NCBI GenBank assembly: GCA_001643675.2
Contig: LSRY02000004.1
Coordinates: 1,240,001 to 1,304,000, forward strand
DNA from: Monocercomonoides exilis PA203
Lineage: Eukaryota > Protista > Preaxostyla
Length of the DNA: 64,000 bases
Reading direction: 5' to 3'
Below, in pieces: positions 52,201-62,349 of the stretch. Numbering within the stretch: the first letter of the stretch is position 1; every line of letters begins with the position of its first letter. Under the pieces are notes generated by a model. The model was not told where the DNA came from and ran no database searches. It worked only from the letters and a program-made list of their open reading frames with translations. The position numbers were made by a program, and so were the translations under genes.

Positions 52201-55200
52201 GCTTCGGGTGCTTCTGTTTCGTATTGCCTTGTGAAGATCACAAGTGGAAAACTGTTAATAACCCGCTTTGCTGCTCCTCTTGCACAGAAGCTGAGTTTTG
52301 GCAATGCGCCGTTTGTTGCCATCAGCGGAAGCGCCTCTGCAGATTTCGACGCTTTGGATGCAAATGGAATGACGACCACTGGCAGCGATGGGCTGATATC
52401 TGTTGACTCGACAGGCACAACAACCATCAATAACAGCACATTCCACAGCTCAAATCTCACCAGCTCTGCATTTGTTGCCAGCTCCTCAGGAACATATTCG
52501 CTGACGGCAAAGAACACCACTTTTGAAGAGATCAAAAGAACAGCAGGAGACGGTTCGTGTGTGTTTCTGAACACCAGAAGCGGCTTTGCGAGCTCGTTCA
52601 CAGCAAGCAACTGCACATTCACAAAATGCACAGTGACTGAAAATGGCAAAGGAGGTGGAGCCATTGGGCTTCACATCAGCAGCCAATCAGCACTCACACT
52701 CGAGTCATCTGCATTCACATCGTGCCAGGCTCCAAAGCCAAGTGCAGGCTCAAAAGGGAAGGGAGGCGCCGTTCTCATTGATTTCTCTGAAGTCAACACC
52801 AGATATCTTCTCGCAAATACCCTGATCTTTGCATCAAACACAGCTGAGCATGGCAATGATTTGTTTGTGTCCTCTGTCGATCTGGCATCCAGCATCACCA
52901 CAGCTGCCTTCCAGTTCTTCCTTCAAGATACGCCATTTGCTGCTGAAAGCTGTGCTGGAACCGATTCCAAATGGCCGAGTGTTGCTATCCCTCTTGTGTT
53001 TTATCTGCTGCCTCGTGAGTCAGATGTGCATGTGCTTTCAGAAGGAAACGATGTGTCTGCATGCGGATTCGCAGATTATGGGTGCCAGACGATTGCCTTT
53101 GCACTGACGCAGCGAACAGACGAGTCAGGAGAACTGATTGTGCATCCAGTCTATGCACTCAGCGAGACAATCACCCTCTCAGGTGCCAACGAGATCACCT
53201 TTGAAGGCACAGTGGCAGAAACAAGGATGAGGATGATTGGCACCCAGACAGGAGCAGCAGAGGCGATGATAAGAATGGAGCAAGCATCAACATGGAAACA
53301 TCTCGCGTTTTGCCTGCAGCCAACCATCCCCAGCCCTCAATCATCGGTGTTTCTTGTGTGCAGTGCAAATGCGATGCTCAATCTGGAGGAATGCTCGGCA
53401 TTGGCTGAACAAAGCGAAGAAAAATGCGCTTTTGGGTTTTTGACTGTTGCTGAAGGCTCGTTTGCGATGACCCGATTCACAGTGAACTCAATCGGGTTTC
53501 AGTCAGCCGAGATGGTGAAAGTGTGCAGCAAAGGGAGTGGAGCAATTGAGTCATGCACATGGACAAATGTCACATCTGCTGTTGAGACAGGAATCATCGC
53601 ATACTCCTCAGCTGGCACATTGAGCATGCACAACACAACAATCAGCCAGTCTGCCTCTTCATGCTGCTCATTTGTGGAAGACAAGCATGGCAAAAGTCTG
53701 GTTGCTGAAAACAACACTTTTTCAGGGATCACCAAAAACGAAGGGAACGGAAGCGTGATCAAGGCAGACATTGGTGAAAACGAGTCACTGGAATTGAACG
53801 ATGTCTCAGTTGACAGCTGTTCTTCGGTGAGGGGATGTGGTGGAGGGGTGTATATCAGCACAAGCTCCACTGCCAAAGTTCGGATTGGCAAAGAAGGCAC
53901 AGCCACAAGATTTGCCAGGTGCAGTGCAAAAGGCACCTTGCCAAAATGTGGATTTGGGGGAGGAGTATTTCTGAAGTGTGCAGACTGGCTGGCTGATCTT
54001 GTCCTCACAGCTGTATCCTTTGGAACAGATGGAGACAGCGCAAGCAATGAAGCAGAGGGAGGAGGAAGCAATGTGTTTGTTGAAGGACACAGCCTGGACA
54101 AAATCATCACCAATCAGTCATTCAAGTTCAATATCGACAAAGAGTCAACAGCTGAGTTTGGGAAGCTGTGTGGGTTTGAAGATGGGAATGTTTCGTATGC
54201 AATTCCTTTGGTTGTGTTTCTGTTGACGTTTGAGCCACCTGCAATCGCGGGAGGAAACACTGGATTTGACTATCGCATGTGCGGTGTTTCGATATACCCC
54301 TGTGCAACAATCCCCTTTGCGATCTCCAAGCGCTTTCCAGCATCCAATTCATCTGGCGCATCCATCAGGCTGACAGCAGACTTTTCCTTCAGAGATGCCA
54401 TATCTTTTGACACACAGCCAACAGAAGTGAGTGCTGAGCAGATTGGAGGCATAATTGATGTGAGGAGTGATGGAATGGGAGAAGGTGCTGGATTGTTGTG
54501 CTCCTCAGTGAATGTGAAGTTCAGCGAAATTGTGTTTGGGTTACCAGGCTTATTCGACGAGCCCTCACGCACTTCTCTGTTTCTGTGCTTGTCAGCCACG
54601 CTCACCATTCACAGATGCGAGTTCCAGAACAGCAGCAGCTCGGCTGTTGAGTACAGGATCATCTTTGTGACAAATGGGAAAGTGGAATTGAATGGATGCA
54701 AAATGAAGGACTTTGCAATGGGAAATGCTGGGATTATTGCACTTGATGGAAGTGATGCTGAGTGTGCGATTGAGGGAATGGAAGCATCCAAGCTGAGCAG
54801 AGAAGGAGAAGGAGCGCTGCTTTTGGCTGTGAGAGGGAAAAAATTTGGGATTGAGAACAGCAGCATCGAGAATACAACGATGGCTAACAGCAGCCACATT
54901 GCAATTTATTCACTGGCAAATGGTCTTCTGAAGAATGTGACATTTTCGAATCTGAGCAGAATAAATGGGGATGGAGGAGTGATTGTGGGTGAATTGGGTG
55001 CTGGCGAGGTGTTGGGCGTGGAGAACTGCTCATTCAAGCTGTGTGGATGCTATTCGGCAAGAACGATTGGAGGGTGTGTGCTGATGGATGTGGAAGAAGG
55101 TGGCACATTCCGTTTCGAGAGAAACAAAGTGGAGTTCTGCATTGTGTCCAGCGGAGATGGGTATGGAGGAGGGCTGTTCCTCACGTTTGCCTCTTCCCAT

Positions 55201-58200
55201 CTCGATTACTCGATGAGGAACAACACGTTCGAGAACAACGGAGCATTGCGCGGGAAGGATGCGTATGTTGTCTGCGAAGAGCCAGGGGCAGCAATCCTTC
55301 TGATGTATTGGAATGGGTCAGCTTCTGAAGACAATGCCCCTGACCGCCTGTGGGTGCGCCGTCTGTCTGAGCCAGCAGACGGAGGTGCCACAATGATCGA
55401 CTATCTGTTCCCTCCACCGACTTCGTTTGTGTTTGTGGATGGCTGTGCCTCGGCTGTTGAGAACTGCGGATCGAAGCGGAACCCATGCACCTCAGTGGAA
55501 CTGGGCTTTCAGAAAATGGACTCCACCCACTCGATCATCCAGCTCGAAGGAAACACTCCCGTCGATGCTGTTGTGAACAGGCACGGAGTCTCACTCACCA
55601 TCCAAAGCAATGCCACAACAAAAGCAATGATATTTGGAACCAGCGGAAAGTTCGAGCTGGTTGAAGGAAGTCGCTCAACCACTCTCACATTTTCCAGACT
55701 GGGATTTGTGCTTCCATCGTCTCCCAATCCTTCACCAGAAATGAGTTCGCTTGTGGAAGTCAGCATTGGTCAATGCTCATTCTTAGATTGCACATTTGAA
55801 CAAGGAAGCAGCAGCAATTCCAACCCTTCGAAATGGATTGTTTCAGGAGTGGGCGGAGTTGTGCACTTTGACTCCTGCACTTTCAGCAATATTCCATTTC
55901 AGGCAGCTGGGGTTGTTTTGATTGATGGAGCATTGCTTCTGTTGGAGGCATGCAGCTTTTCTTCAATCTCTTCTGATGCACGAAAGGGTTTGATAACTGG
56001 AAGCGGGAATTGCGATATAACGCTGAAGGATACAGGATTTGAGAATTGCGAGACGACAAATGGACACATGTTGGAGATGACTCGACCGAAGTCTGTTGAA
56101 ATCTCAGGGGCATGCACATTCGAAGGATGCACTTCGACAGAAGGGGATGGAGAGGCTCTTTGTTGTGTTCTGGAGGGAGAAGGATCTTTGGTGATGAACA
56201 AAACATCAATTGTGTCTTGTGGAGTGAATGCGGTTAATGGGAGAGGAGGCGGAATCTATCTCGATTTGAAGGAGAATGTCAATGTCTTTTTGTTTTCTGA
56301 TTTAACATTCAGCAGAAATGAGGCATTTGAAGGGAAAGACATGTTTGTGAGAAGCGCTGATTTGAACGCGTCAATCATTCCATCTCTGTTTGATTTCGAG
56401 TATTTTGGAGCAGACGGAGAGACAAAAGTCGATCTGAAAGGAAGAGACGAAACACATTTTGTGAGCGTTTCAGCAGATCTGCTGTATTTTTTGGTGAAAT
56501 ATTCTTCATCGACAATAAGCGTTGGATCGGCTGGAATCGACTTTATTGGGTGTGGAAAGGCAGAAACACCTTGCCACTCGTTGTGGCGGGGCATCAACAA
56601 CTTGCAAGCATCTGAAGTTTCTCAATCATGCTTTGTTGAAATTCTGGATGAAGTGACAATTGATGAGTGCTTTGAGATTGGCCTTTCTCAGCTCAGCATT
56701 GGATTGCCTGCAGCAGCTGCTTCACCTGCATTTGCCAAACTGTCGATTTCTCAAACAGCAGGCGGATCGAGCCAGTCGATTTTCAGCTCGAACAATTCGC
56801 TTTCGTTTTGTTCTGTGCAGTTCCATCTGCCTGCGTTCTTCTCAAATGGACAGTCTTCTGTTGTTTCGTCGTCTGACGGATATCTCACCTTCAACTCAAC
56901 CTCGTTCCATTCGGATGCCACTTCTGTGCTGGAATATGTTCTGCTGTCGAATAAAGGAGGAACAGCTGAGCTGCTGAATGTGTCTGTTTCTTCGTTGGTG
57001 TTTGTGAACTGCCCCTTCGCACTTTCGTCTTATGCCACGCTCGAGGAGTGCTGCTTCCACAACATTTGCTCTCCCACAGGCACAGAAGGCGGTGCAATGT
57101 CTGTCTGTCTGGAGCGATCAGACCTGCTGCGCGTGAAGAGCTGCCGAGCTGAGCTGTGCAAATGCTCCACAGGAAGAGGCAGAGGAGGGTTTTTGCATAT
57201 CGACTGCTCGAAGTCTGCAGCAGCAAAACCCTTCCGATTCGAAGGCAACATGGCGTTCGAAGCAAACGATGCTCAGCAAGGCAGAAACATGTTTATTGTT
57301 TCTGAGAACTTGAACTCGTCAGTCTCTTTGGCAACATTTGCCTTCTCATTCGAGGCGATGAAGAGCGACAGCAACGCATTTGTGGGGAAAGAGGGAGAAG
57401 ATGAATTGTGGGATTTGTTCCGATATTTGGTTCCGTATTCCGCTTCCACAATCCATCTATCAGACGCTGGGACAGATGTGATGAGATGCGGAAGCGCAGA
57501 TGATCCATGCTGCTCGTTCTGGAAAGGGATGCAGCAGATCAGCAGCGAGGCCTCGCCAAAGCTCATCTCCATCGCCAAATCCACTGAAGTTGCCAACACC
57601 TTCACTCTCTCCAACTTCACCATCCAATCCAGCTTGTTGGCGGAAGATGAGATGGCCACCTCCAAACTTTCTTTTGGAGAAAAGGCGGGAGATTCCATGG
57701 ATCCATTCTTCCGATGTGCCGATGAGCTGATGCTGAAATGTGTCTCCCTGATCATCTCGTCTTCATTCAACAACTCGGCAGCAGCTTTGGTTCAGTGCGA
57801 GGGTGGGGTGCTGAGTTTGGCGCAGTGTGTGTTTGGAACAGAAGCAGGGCTGGGTGGAATGCGGCAGAGCAGGTGCAGTTTTGTTGCTTGCCTGAAAGGG
57901 AAACTTTCGCTTGTGGACGTGTCAGTGGAGTCGGCTAGCATCTCGAAAAGCGCAATAGTTGTGGGCTCGGCTGTTTGCGAGATCATCAACTTCACATGCT
58001 CGTTTGTGAATATTTCAGATGGAGGTGTTCTGGAAGTTGTGGAAGTGATTGAATTAGTAAAGGGAGTGAATGCATATGAGAAGAGCAGAATAACAGTGGC
58101 TTCGTCAGCAATAGCATCTGTGACAAGAACAGACAACGGAGCAGCTGTGATTGACAGCAACACAGAAAGCGGTGTGGTTGTGGTTGATGTGAACAGCTCA

Positions 58201-61200
58201 ACAATCAGCGACTGCAAGGCAGGGCAAAGCCAAAAAGGAGGCGCAGTGTTTGTCAAGCTGACTGCAGATGGCTCTTTTTCTGTTGTGAAGTCGGCAATGC
58301 TGCGCTGCTGCTGCTCGGATGAAGGGAAGGGCGGGGCGTTTTATGTTGATTCCATGGGGAATGGTGCACTTCATCTCCTGTTCCAGGGCGTGTCGTTCAC
58401 AGGAAACACAGCAAAGGTGGGGAACGACATCTTCGTCTCGTGCCACAGCATCTCGGCACAGATCAACGAAACACAGTTCAGGTTCGATCTGCGGGAAGGG
58501 GTGTATGTGAGGCAGAATGCGATTTATGGGATCGACACAACAGATCACACCACCGACACCAATCTGATGGACTTCATCACAATCTACCAGGCTGACACCG
58601 TTGTTGCCTGCTCGCTCCCCGAGAGCAGAGGAAGGAACGAGCGGCAGTGCGGCACACATCTCCTGCCCTGCCTCTCGCTCGATTATGCCATTGCTCATGT
58701 CACTGCCGATTTCGAATCTCGCCTCGTGGTTGAAGGTGCCTCGGTCATCGAAGACGAGCTGACCCTGGACAGCCTTCTGCTTGCCTCGCGATCCAAGTCC
58801 TCGGGAACCATCTCAATCTCTTCGCTTGCAACACAAGCAAGCGAGGCTGTGATCACCACACTCAACACAGTTGTCATCACCAATCTATGCTTTGTGTTTG
58901 GACAACAGTTTTCGTCTTCCCACTCCTCCTTCATCTCTCCAGGCTCGGGTGTTGCCGAGCTGACAAACTGCTCCTTTTCGTCTGATTCAGCTCTTCCGCT
59001 GTTTCCGCTTCTGTGTTTCAGCAAAGGGGATGGCGTGCTGAATGGCTGCCTGTTCTCCTCCCTCTCCCTCAAATCTTCAGTAGTGATTGCATCCTCATCG
59101 TGTTCGGTTGCCATCACCTCCACCAGATTCACCTCCATATCCTCAGCAGGCAGTGTGATATCCTGCGAGAACAGCAGAGATGCAGCCATTTCACACACCA
59201 CATTCACAAACAACACCCTTTCTTCATCTTCTACAAGTTCCTCGACAACTCTATCCGCAGCCTCTGTTGGTCGTCTAACCCTTGCAAACTGTTCGATGAG
59301 CGGATGGCCTTCCATGCTCAAAAGAGGGATTCTTGCCAAACTGTCACTGTGCAACAATGTGATGTTTGATCAGTGCTATTTTGAAGCGATCGTGGAAGAT
59401 AAAATAAGCAGCAGAAGGAATTTCTCTCCACAAGAGCTGTGCAGATGGAATGGATCTCTTGTGGAGATTGCGAGCAGCACAGCAGCGATGAAAGACACCT
59501 CCTTTGCCAACTCGCCTGAGGGAGGCCTGTCTGTGTGTGGAGGGAGCACAACCATCGAGAAAGGAGAGTTTGCCAACAATAATCCATCAATCGAAGGATA
59601 CCCATCAGCAAGAAGAAACATTGTGTGTGGAGATGCAGGATCGCTGGATGTGATGAGTTTGAAAGGCGGAGATGGGGTGCTGCCCAACACCTCGATGTGG
59701 ATCCTGAATGAAGGGTGCACTGTGGGAGGGATGGCTGAAGAAAGAGAATCTGTTTTCTTTATTCCGCGACTGGATGGTGTGGAGGCTGAAGACGATGGAG
59801 GCGAGACAACATTGAAGTTCCATGGATCGCTTCTCTTGCCGTGCAACCTGTGGTTCCAGATGGCAACCACCGTTGGGTCAGCCTCGTCGATGGCAGCTCA
59901 CCAGTTCGAGGCAGACGGATTTGCAGGTGAGGGCGAGGCTGTGGGAGTGCTGCCATCAGGCGCCATCCGCTCGGCTCCAGAAGAGGCAGAAGTGTCTGTG
60001 TGCATTCTGTTTGGAAGAATAGACTCTCCTTCATCAACCGAATCGTTTGTTCTGAAGAACAGAAGCGAATCTGAAATAAAAGGAGATGGAAGAATTGTTG
60101 AGGGAGGAAAAGAAGGGAAATCATCCTCTTCAACAGTTATTATAATTGTTTTGGTCGTGATTTTGTTGATTGTTCTTATTGCATCCATTCTTGTAACAAT
60201 ACGATGGAGAAAACAAAAAAGAAGGACAGAAGAGCTGGAGGTGATTGTGGAAGACACAGTGAAGAAGGATCCAAAAGCATTTGAGATGGTGACGATGGAG
60301 ATGTCGCCAGAGGAGCAGTGGAGAAGGGCCGAGAGGGAAGCAGAGAAGAAGAACGAAGAGAGGATAAAGAAGAGGGTGTACGAGAAAAGCTTGAGACACT
60401 CCGAGTCATCCGAGCATCTTCTATCTGAGAGTGTGTCAACTGAATATATTTTGGGGAGAGACTCAGACAAGATTCCTGAATGGATGCTGGAGAAGGTTGA
60501 CGAAAAAGAAGATGATGCTTCAAGGAAGCGAACACCATCACCATCCATCTCATCCACTTCAACCACTTCAACGACTGATTCAGATTCCACATTTGTTCGA
60601 TCGGAGAGTCTGTGCCCAACAACCTCATCCATGTCGAATCTGGTAGATGCAATGGCCTGCTCATCCCCTCACGAGAAGCTGATTGTAGACTTGAGAGATT
60701 CATTGTTCATGCTGTTACATGGAAGGAATGAGAAAAAAGAGATGGCAATTGGCACCTTTCAGGAGAGAGAATATACAGCTGTCCAAATCCTGTTCTGGGT
60801 GGCCAATCTTGCGCTCCACTCCTTTGATGAAATGGACAATCCACTCTCTTCTCTTGCCAATCTGAGTCCTCACATTGTATTGTTCTCCGAGCACATGGTC
60901 ATTTGCATTGCGATGCACTCCGACTTCTCTTCTGATGATTCGGACTCATCATCCATCTCTTCATCGACTGTTGTGACATCTGCAAGTGATGATGATGATG
61001 AAAGTGACTCTCTGCCCTCATCAGCCTTTGAGAATGAAGATAGTTTCAAAAAAGAGTGCCTGAGGTGGAAGGCACCCGAGCTGCTGATGAACAAGAAGAT
61101 GGGGGCAACAAAGGAATCTGTTGCCTTTTCAATTGGGATGATGCTGTGGGAGTGCTTGACGCTGAAGATCCCGTTTGGGGAGTATGAGGCCGAGGTGGCT

Positions 61201-61509
61201 GGACAGAAGATTGTGAATGGAGAGAGGCCATCCATGAATGCGATTGAAGAGAGCTCAAAAGTTGATATTGTTAAAATGTGTTTGGAACAAAATTCACAGA
61301 ATAGAGCATCACTTATCGATTTAAGGAAAGAATTTATTCAATACTTTCCACCATTAACAGCCATGCTCACAGCAACTGATGCAATCCAATTTGAGTCAGA
61401 TTATGGAGGCTGCAACTATCGTAGTAGTGGTATATCTGGAAAAGATAAATCGGCAAAGGGAAAGCAAACAGAAAGGATAAAAACAGAAAAGTCAGTACGA
61501 AAAAACTAA
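49213..61509 (+). CDS. 4098 aa intronless type-I membrane receptor pseudokinase with modular Cys-rich beta-helix ectodomain
   Basis: Signal peptide MKIIILLLLL; Pmp/pectin-lyase-like GGA(I/L/V) and FxxN motifs; eight CG....PC-type modules; TM VIIIVLVVILLIVLIASILVTI followed by RWRKQKRR; pseudokinase tail LRWKAPELL...GERP. Confidence 0.92.
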   Translation: MKIIILLLLLQFESTITPKSSFCMLTSPATECAFSHYFCIAFIKKHEPSEKFEEREHLKFLSIQSYSSINNPNAHEASSVFSSSISTINSSLDASQTILLQQGDNSLFSIVQGSECTVHSCMLILSNWSTAPFCSISSVLELSNISISNFGKQNIIRNSIAELHNESSLCMHSSAFSSLAVQTAYPLAASGNIDNFFMMECTFRNISHRSPNTVNKQFFLKTKESSVVGCEVSRVENPFCSVLVIGRPLSSFVCRNTSFSACTVTEHNRRVFDSSDGDVVIEQTTFNVESKQSNGGTIYASGTKSFTIRECFFDRCNNTHPEGYGNVLHLTDVGPLLIQRCSVEKCVAVGREGFMRTVNNMYSVSVTDLNASQCEAGLRGVGIIYGSTSPIVCSSFKMIQSESRGGEAGALMLCGSFSSLIVTDLLCDSNYAASFGGGIEFMRDDNIAVNAPKFSCCIFINNSARFGNDIAFTEKYFDLINSSCFLCCFSLSEQNRVWMCTQGFRACTSGEERNSLLPNPSGTVIHVDPMRESGDVAGCGDILNECSTLSFSCKQWINSYHLSVKLYSGKYAEDSISLAFQNIVIEKNTSSSSITIHTIPSSSAFCTLLGGSLDMRGMQIVHSSTSSSDKCLFAENSEDSVLALHECSLKADSTSAAFNKPFFMLTKGEASLESCEISSVLFESTSLFATEQQAHLVLSNVKISMVSRRTGDGSVFSKAVQAEENFVLSNVSLENCKCFDGNGGALYLELNAHSTAQVGVDSGCLFDTCTVPADSQKKRKGGAIYLCLREGAGDFQLKSVQFSGCNGWKGKNVFIESAELLRTANTNTIGFHPVIGIGITDFDELSGMENGDESVIFPLALFLRNFTSPAYVSGQITDNNYRLCGYSDYPCQSVEGASAARFANTKRNIRLLPSFSFRTETLLDSQSYAFDAEEDSMPINVGSSQAKVSEGLLINSVETSFSRIKFVLEASLNGRNAFILSNANVLSMTDCAAVPAASGASVSYCLVKITSGKLLITRFAAPLAQKLSFGNAPFVAISGSASADFDALDANGMTTTGSDGLISVDSTGTTTINNSTFHSSNLTSSAFVASSSGTYSLTAKNTTFEEIKRTAGDGSCVFLNTRSGFASSFTASNCTFTKCTVTENGKGGGAIGLHISSQSALTLESSAFTSCQAPKPSAGSKGKGGAVLIDFSEVNTRYLLANTLIFASNTAEHGNDLFVSSVDLASSITTAAFQFFLQDTPFAAESCAGTDSKWPSVAIPLVFYLLPRESDVHVLSEGNDVSACGFADYGCQTIAFALTQRTDESGELIVHPVYALSETITLSGANEITFEGTVAETRMRMIGTQTGAAEAMIRMEQASTWKHLAFCLQPTIPSPQSSVFLVCSANAMLNLEECSALAEQSEEKCAFGFLTVAEGSFAMTRFTVNSIGFQSAEMVKVCSKGSGAIESCTWTNVTSAVETGIIAYSSAGTLSMHNTTISQSASSCCSFVEDKHGKSLVAENNTFSGITKNEGNGSVIKADIGENESLELNDVSVDSCSSVRGCGGGVYISTSSTAKVRIGKEGTATRFARCSAKGTLPKCGFGGGVFLKCADWLADLVLTAVSFGTDGDSASNEAEGGGSNVFVEGHSLDKIITNQSFKFNIDKESTAEFGKLCGFEDGNVSYAIPLVVFLLTFEPPAIAGGNTGFDYRMCGVSIYPCATIPFAISKRFPASNSSGASIRLTADFSFRDAISFDTQPTEVSAEQIGGIIDVRSDGMGEGAGLLCSSVNVKFSEIVFGLPGLFDEPSRTSLFLCLSATLTIHRCEFQNSSSSAVEYRIIFVTNGKVELNGCKMKDFAMGNAGIIALDGSDAECAIEGMEASKLSREGEGALLLAVRGKKFGIENSSIENTTMANSSHIAIYSLANGLLKNVTFSNLSRINGDGGVIVGELGAGEVLGVENCSFKLCGCYSARTIGGCVLMDVEEGGTFRFERNKVEFCIVSSGDGYGGGLFLTFASSHLDYSMRNNTFENNGALRGKDAYVVCEEPGAAILLMYWNGSASEDNAPDRLWVRRLSEPADGGATMIDYLFPPPTSFVFVDGCASAVENCGSKRNPCTSVELGFQKMDSTHSIIQLEGNTPVDAVVNRHGVSLTIQSNATTKAMIFGTSGKFELVEGSRSTTLTFSRLGFVLPSSPNPSPEMSSLVEVSIGQCSFLDCTFEQGSSSNSNPSKWIVSGVGGVVHFDSCTFSNIPFQAAGVVLIDGALLLLEACSFSSISSDARKGLITGSGNCDITLKDTGFENCETTNGHMLEMTRPKSVEISGACTFEGCTSTEGDGEALCCVLEGEGSLVMNKTSIVSCGVNAVNGRGGGIYLDLKENVNVFLFSDLTFSRNEAFEGKDMFVRSADLNASIIPSLFDFEYFGADGETKVDLKGRDETHFVSVSADLLYFLVKYSSSTISVGSAGIDFIGCGKAETPCHSLWRGINNLQASEVSQSCFVEILDEVTIDECFEIGLSQLSIGLPAAAASPAFAKLSISQTAGGSSQSIFSSNNSLSFCSVQFHLPAFFSNGQSSVVSSSDGYLTFNSTSFHSDATSVLEYVLLSNKGGTAELLNVSVSSLVFVNCPFALSSYATLEECCFHNICSPTGTEGGAMSVCLERSDLLRVKSCRAELCKCSTGRGRGGFLHIDCSKSAAAKPFRFEGNMAFEANDAQQGRNMFIVSENLNSSVSLATFAFSFEAMKSDSNAFVGKEGEDELWDLFRYLVPYSASTIHLSDAGTDVMRCGSADDPCCSFWKGMQQISSEASPKLISIAKSTEVANTFTLSNFTIQSSLLAEDEMATSKLSFGEKAGDSMDPFFRCADELMLKCVSLIISSSFNNSAAALVQCEGGVLSLAQCVFGTEAGLGGMRQSRCSFVACLKGKLSLVDVSVESASISKSAIVVGSAVCEIINFTCSFVNISDGGVLEVVEVIELVKGVNAYEKSRITVASSAIASVTRTDNGAAVIDSNTESGVVVVDVNSSTISDCKAGQSQKGGAVFVKLTADGSFSVVKSAMLRCCCSDEGKGGAFYVDSMGNGALHLLFQGVSFTGNTAKVGNDIFVSCHSISAQINETQFRFDLREGVYVRQNAIYGIDTTDHTTDTNLMDFITIYQADTVVACSLPESRGRNERQCGTHLLPCLSLDYAIAHVTADFESRLVVEGASVIEDELTLDSLLLASRSKSSGTISISSLATQASEAVITTLNTVVITNLCFVFGQQFSSSHSSFISPGSGVAELTNCSFSSDSALPLFPLLCFSKGDGVLNGCLFSSLSLKSSVVIASSSCSVAITSTRFTSISSAGSVISCENSRDAAISHTTFTNNTLSSSSTSSSTTLSAASVGRLTLANCSMSGWPSMLKRGILAKLSLCNNVMFDQCYFEAIVEDKISSRRNFSPQELCRWNGSLVEIASSTAAMKDTSFANSPEGGLSVCGGSTTIEKGEFANNNPSIEGYPSARRNIVCGDAGSLDVMSLKGGDGVLPNTSMWILNEGCTVGGMAEERESVFFIPRLDGVEAEDDGGETTLKFHGSLLLPCNLWFQMATTVGSASSMAAHQFEADGFAGEGEAVGVLPSGAIRSAPEEAEVSVCILFGRIDSPSSTESFVLKNRSESEIKGDGRIVEGGKEGKSSSSTVIIIVLVVILLIVLIASILVTIRWRKQKRRTEELEVIVEDTVKKDPKAFEMVTMEMSPEEQWRRAEREAEKKNEERIKKRVYEKSLRHSESSEHLLSESVSTEYILGRDSDKIPEWMLEKVDEKEDDASRKRTPSPSISSTSTTSTTDSDSTFVRSESLCPTTSSMSNLVDAMACSSPHEKLIVDLRDSLFMLLHGRNEKKEMAIGTFQEREYTAVQILFWVANLALHSFDEMDNPLSSLANLSPHIVLFSEHMVICIAMHSDFSSDDSDSSSISSSTVVTSASDDDDESDSLPSSAFENEDSFKKECLRWKAPELLMNKKMGATKESVAFSIGMMLWECLTLKIPFGEYEAEVAGQKIVNGERPSMNAIEESSKVDIVKMCLEQNSQNRASLIDLRKEFIQYFPPLTAMLTATDAIQFESDYGGCNYRSSGISGKDKSAKGKQTERIKTEKSVRKN

Positions 61510-62349
61510 AACAAAGTGAATGGATTAAAGCATATGAACAAGAACAAAGATATGATTATTAAACGAAACGAATGGCTGATACCATATAATTTCAATTTTA
61601 TTTGTAATTTTTAATTTTAATATTATTTTTTTTTATTTTTAATTTTTTGTAAAATTTTAAAAAGGATGTTTATGTCTTTGTTGAATTTTTCTTATATGTA
61701 TTCATTTTTACAAGTTTGATATGTAGATTTGTTATTTATTCTTTATTTCAATTTTATTTGCTTTTTGTGTATGTATCTTTGCTTAATTTTTCAAAGGTAT
61801 TTTTTTGCTTACTTTTTGTGGTTCATTGGATTTTTCAAAATTTAAGTATCTAATATAAAATCCTTTGTATGAAAAGAAAATTCAAAATAAATATTTGAAA
61901 AACAATTATTAACACAAATCAAATTCAAAGACGGACGACTTTGAAAGCATGAAGATACAATCTAATTCTTTAGTTGATAGAATAGAAGCATTCAGAGTCA
62001 AAATAGTTTTGGAAAATGCTTAAAAAAAAGAGCTAATTCAGATTATTTTCGAAAAGGAAATCCTCTCGATCACTCTTTGTTTGTATCTTTACGATTATTT
62101 TCAATAACAAAATTTCAACCTTACCAAATCATCGATCAGCCATAAGCAAGTATGTCTTCAATATCTGCACAAAACGTCCAATGATTTGTTGTTATTCACT
62201 TTCATTCAATTATTGGGGAAGTATTCCACTGAAAGAATTTGTAACAAAAAACCCTAAAAAGCATGCATTGCTTCAAAAGTCAAACAGAGCTGAATCGTTC
62301 ATCGTTACAACAAAAGAGCTTTATGGTTTATATTTCAGAGGTCATCTCT

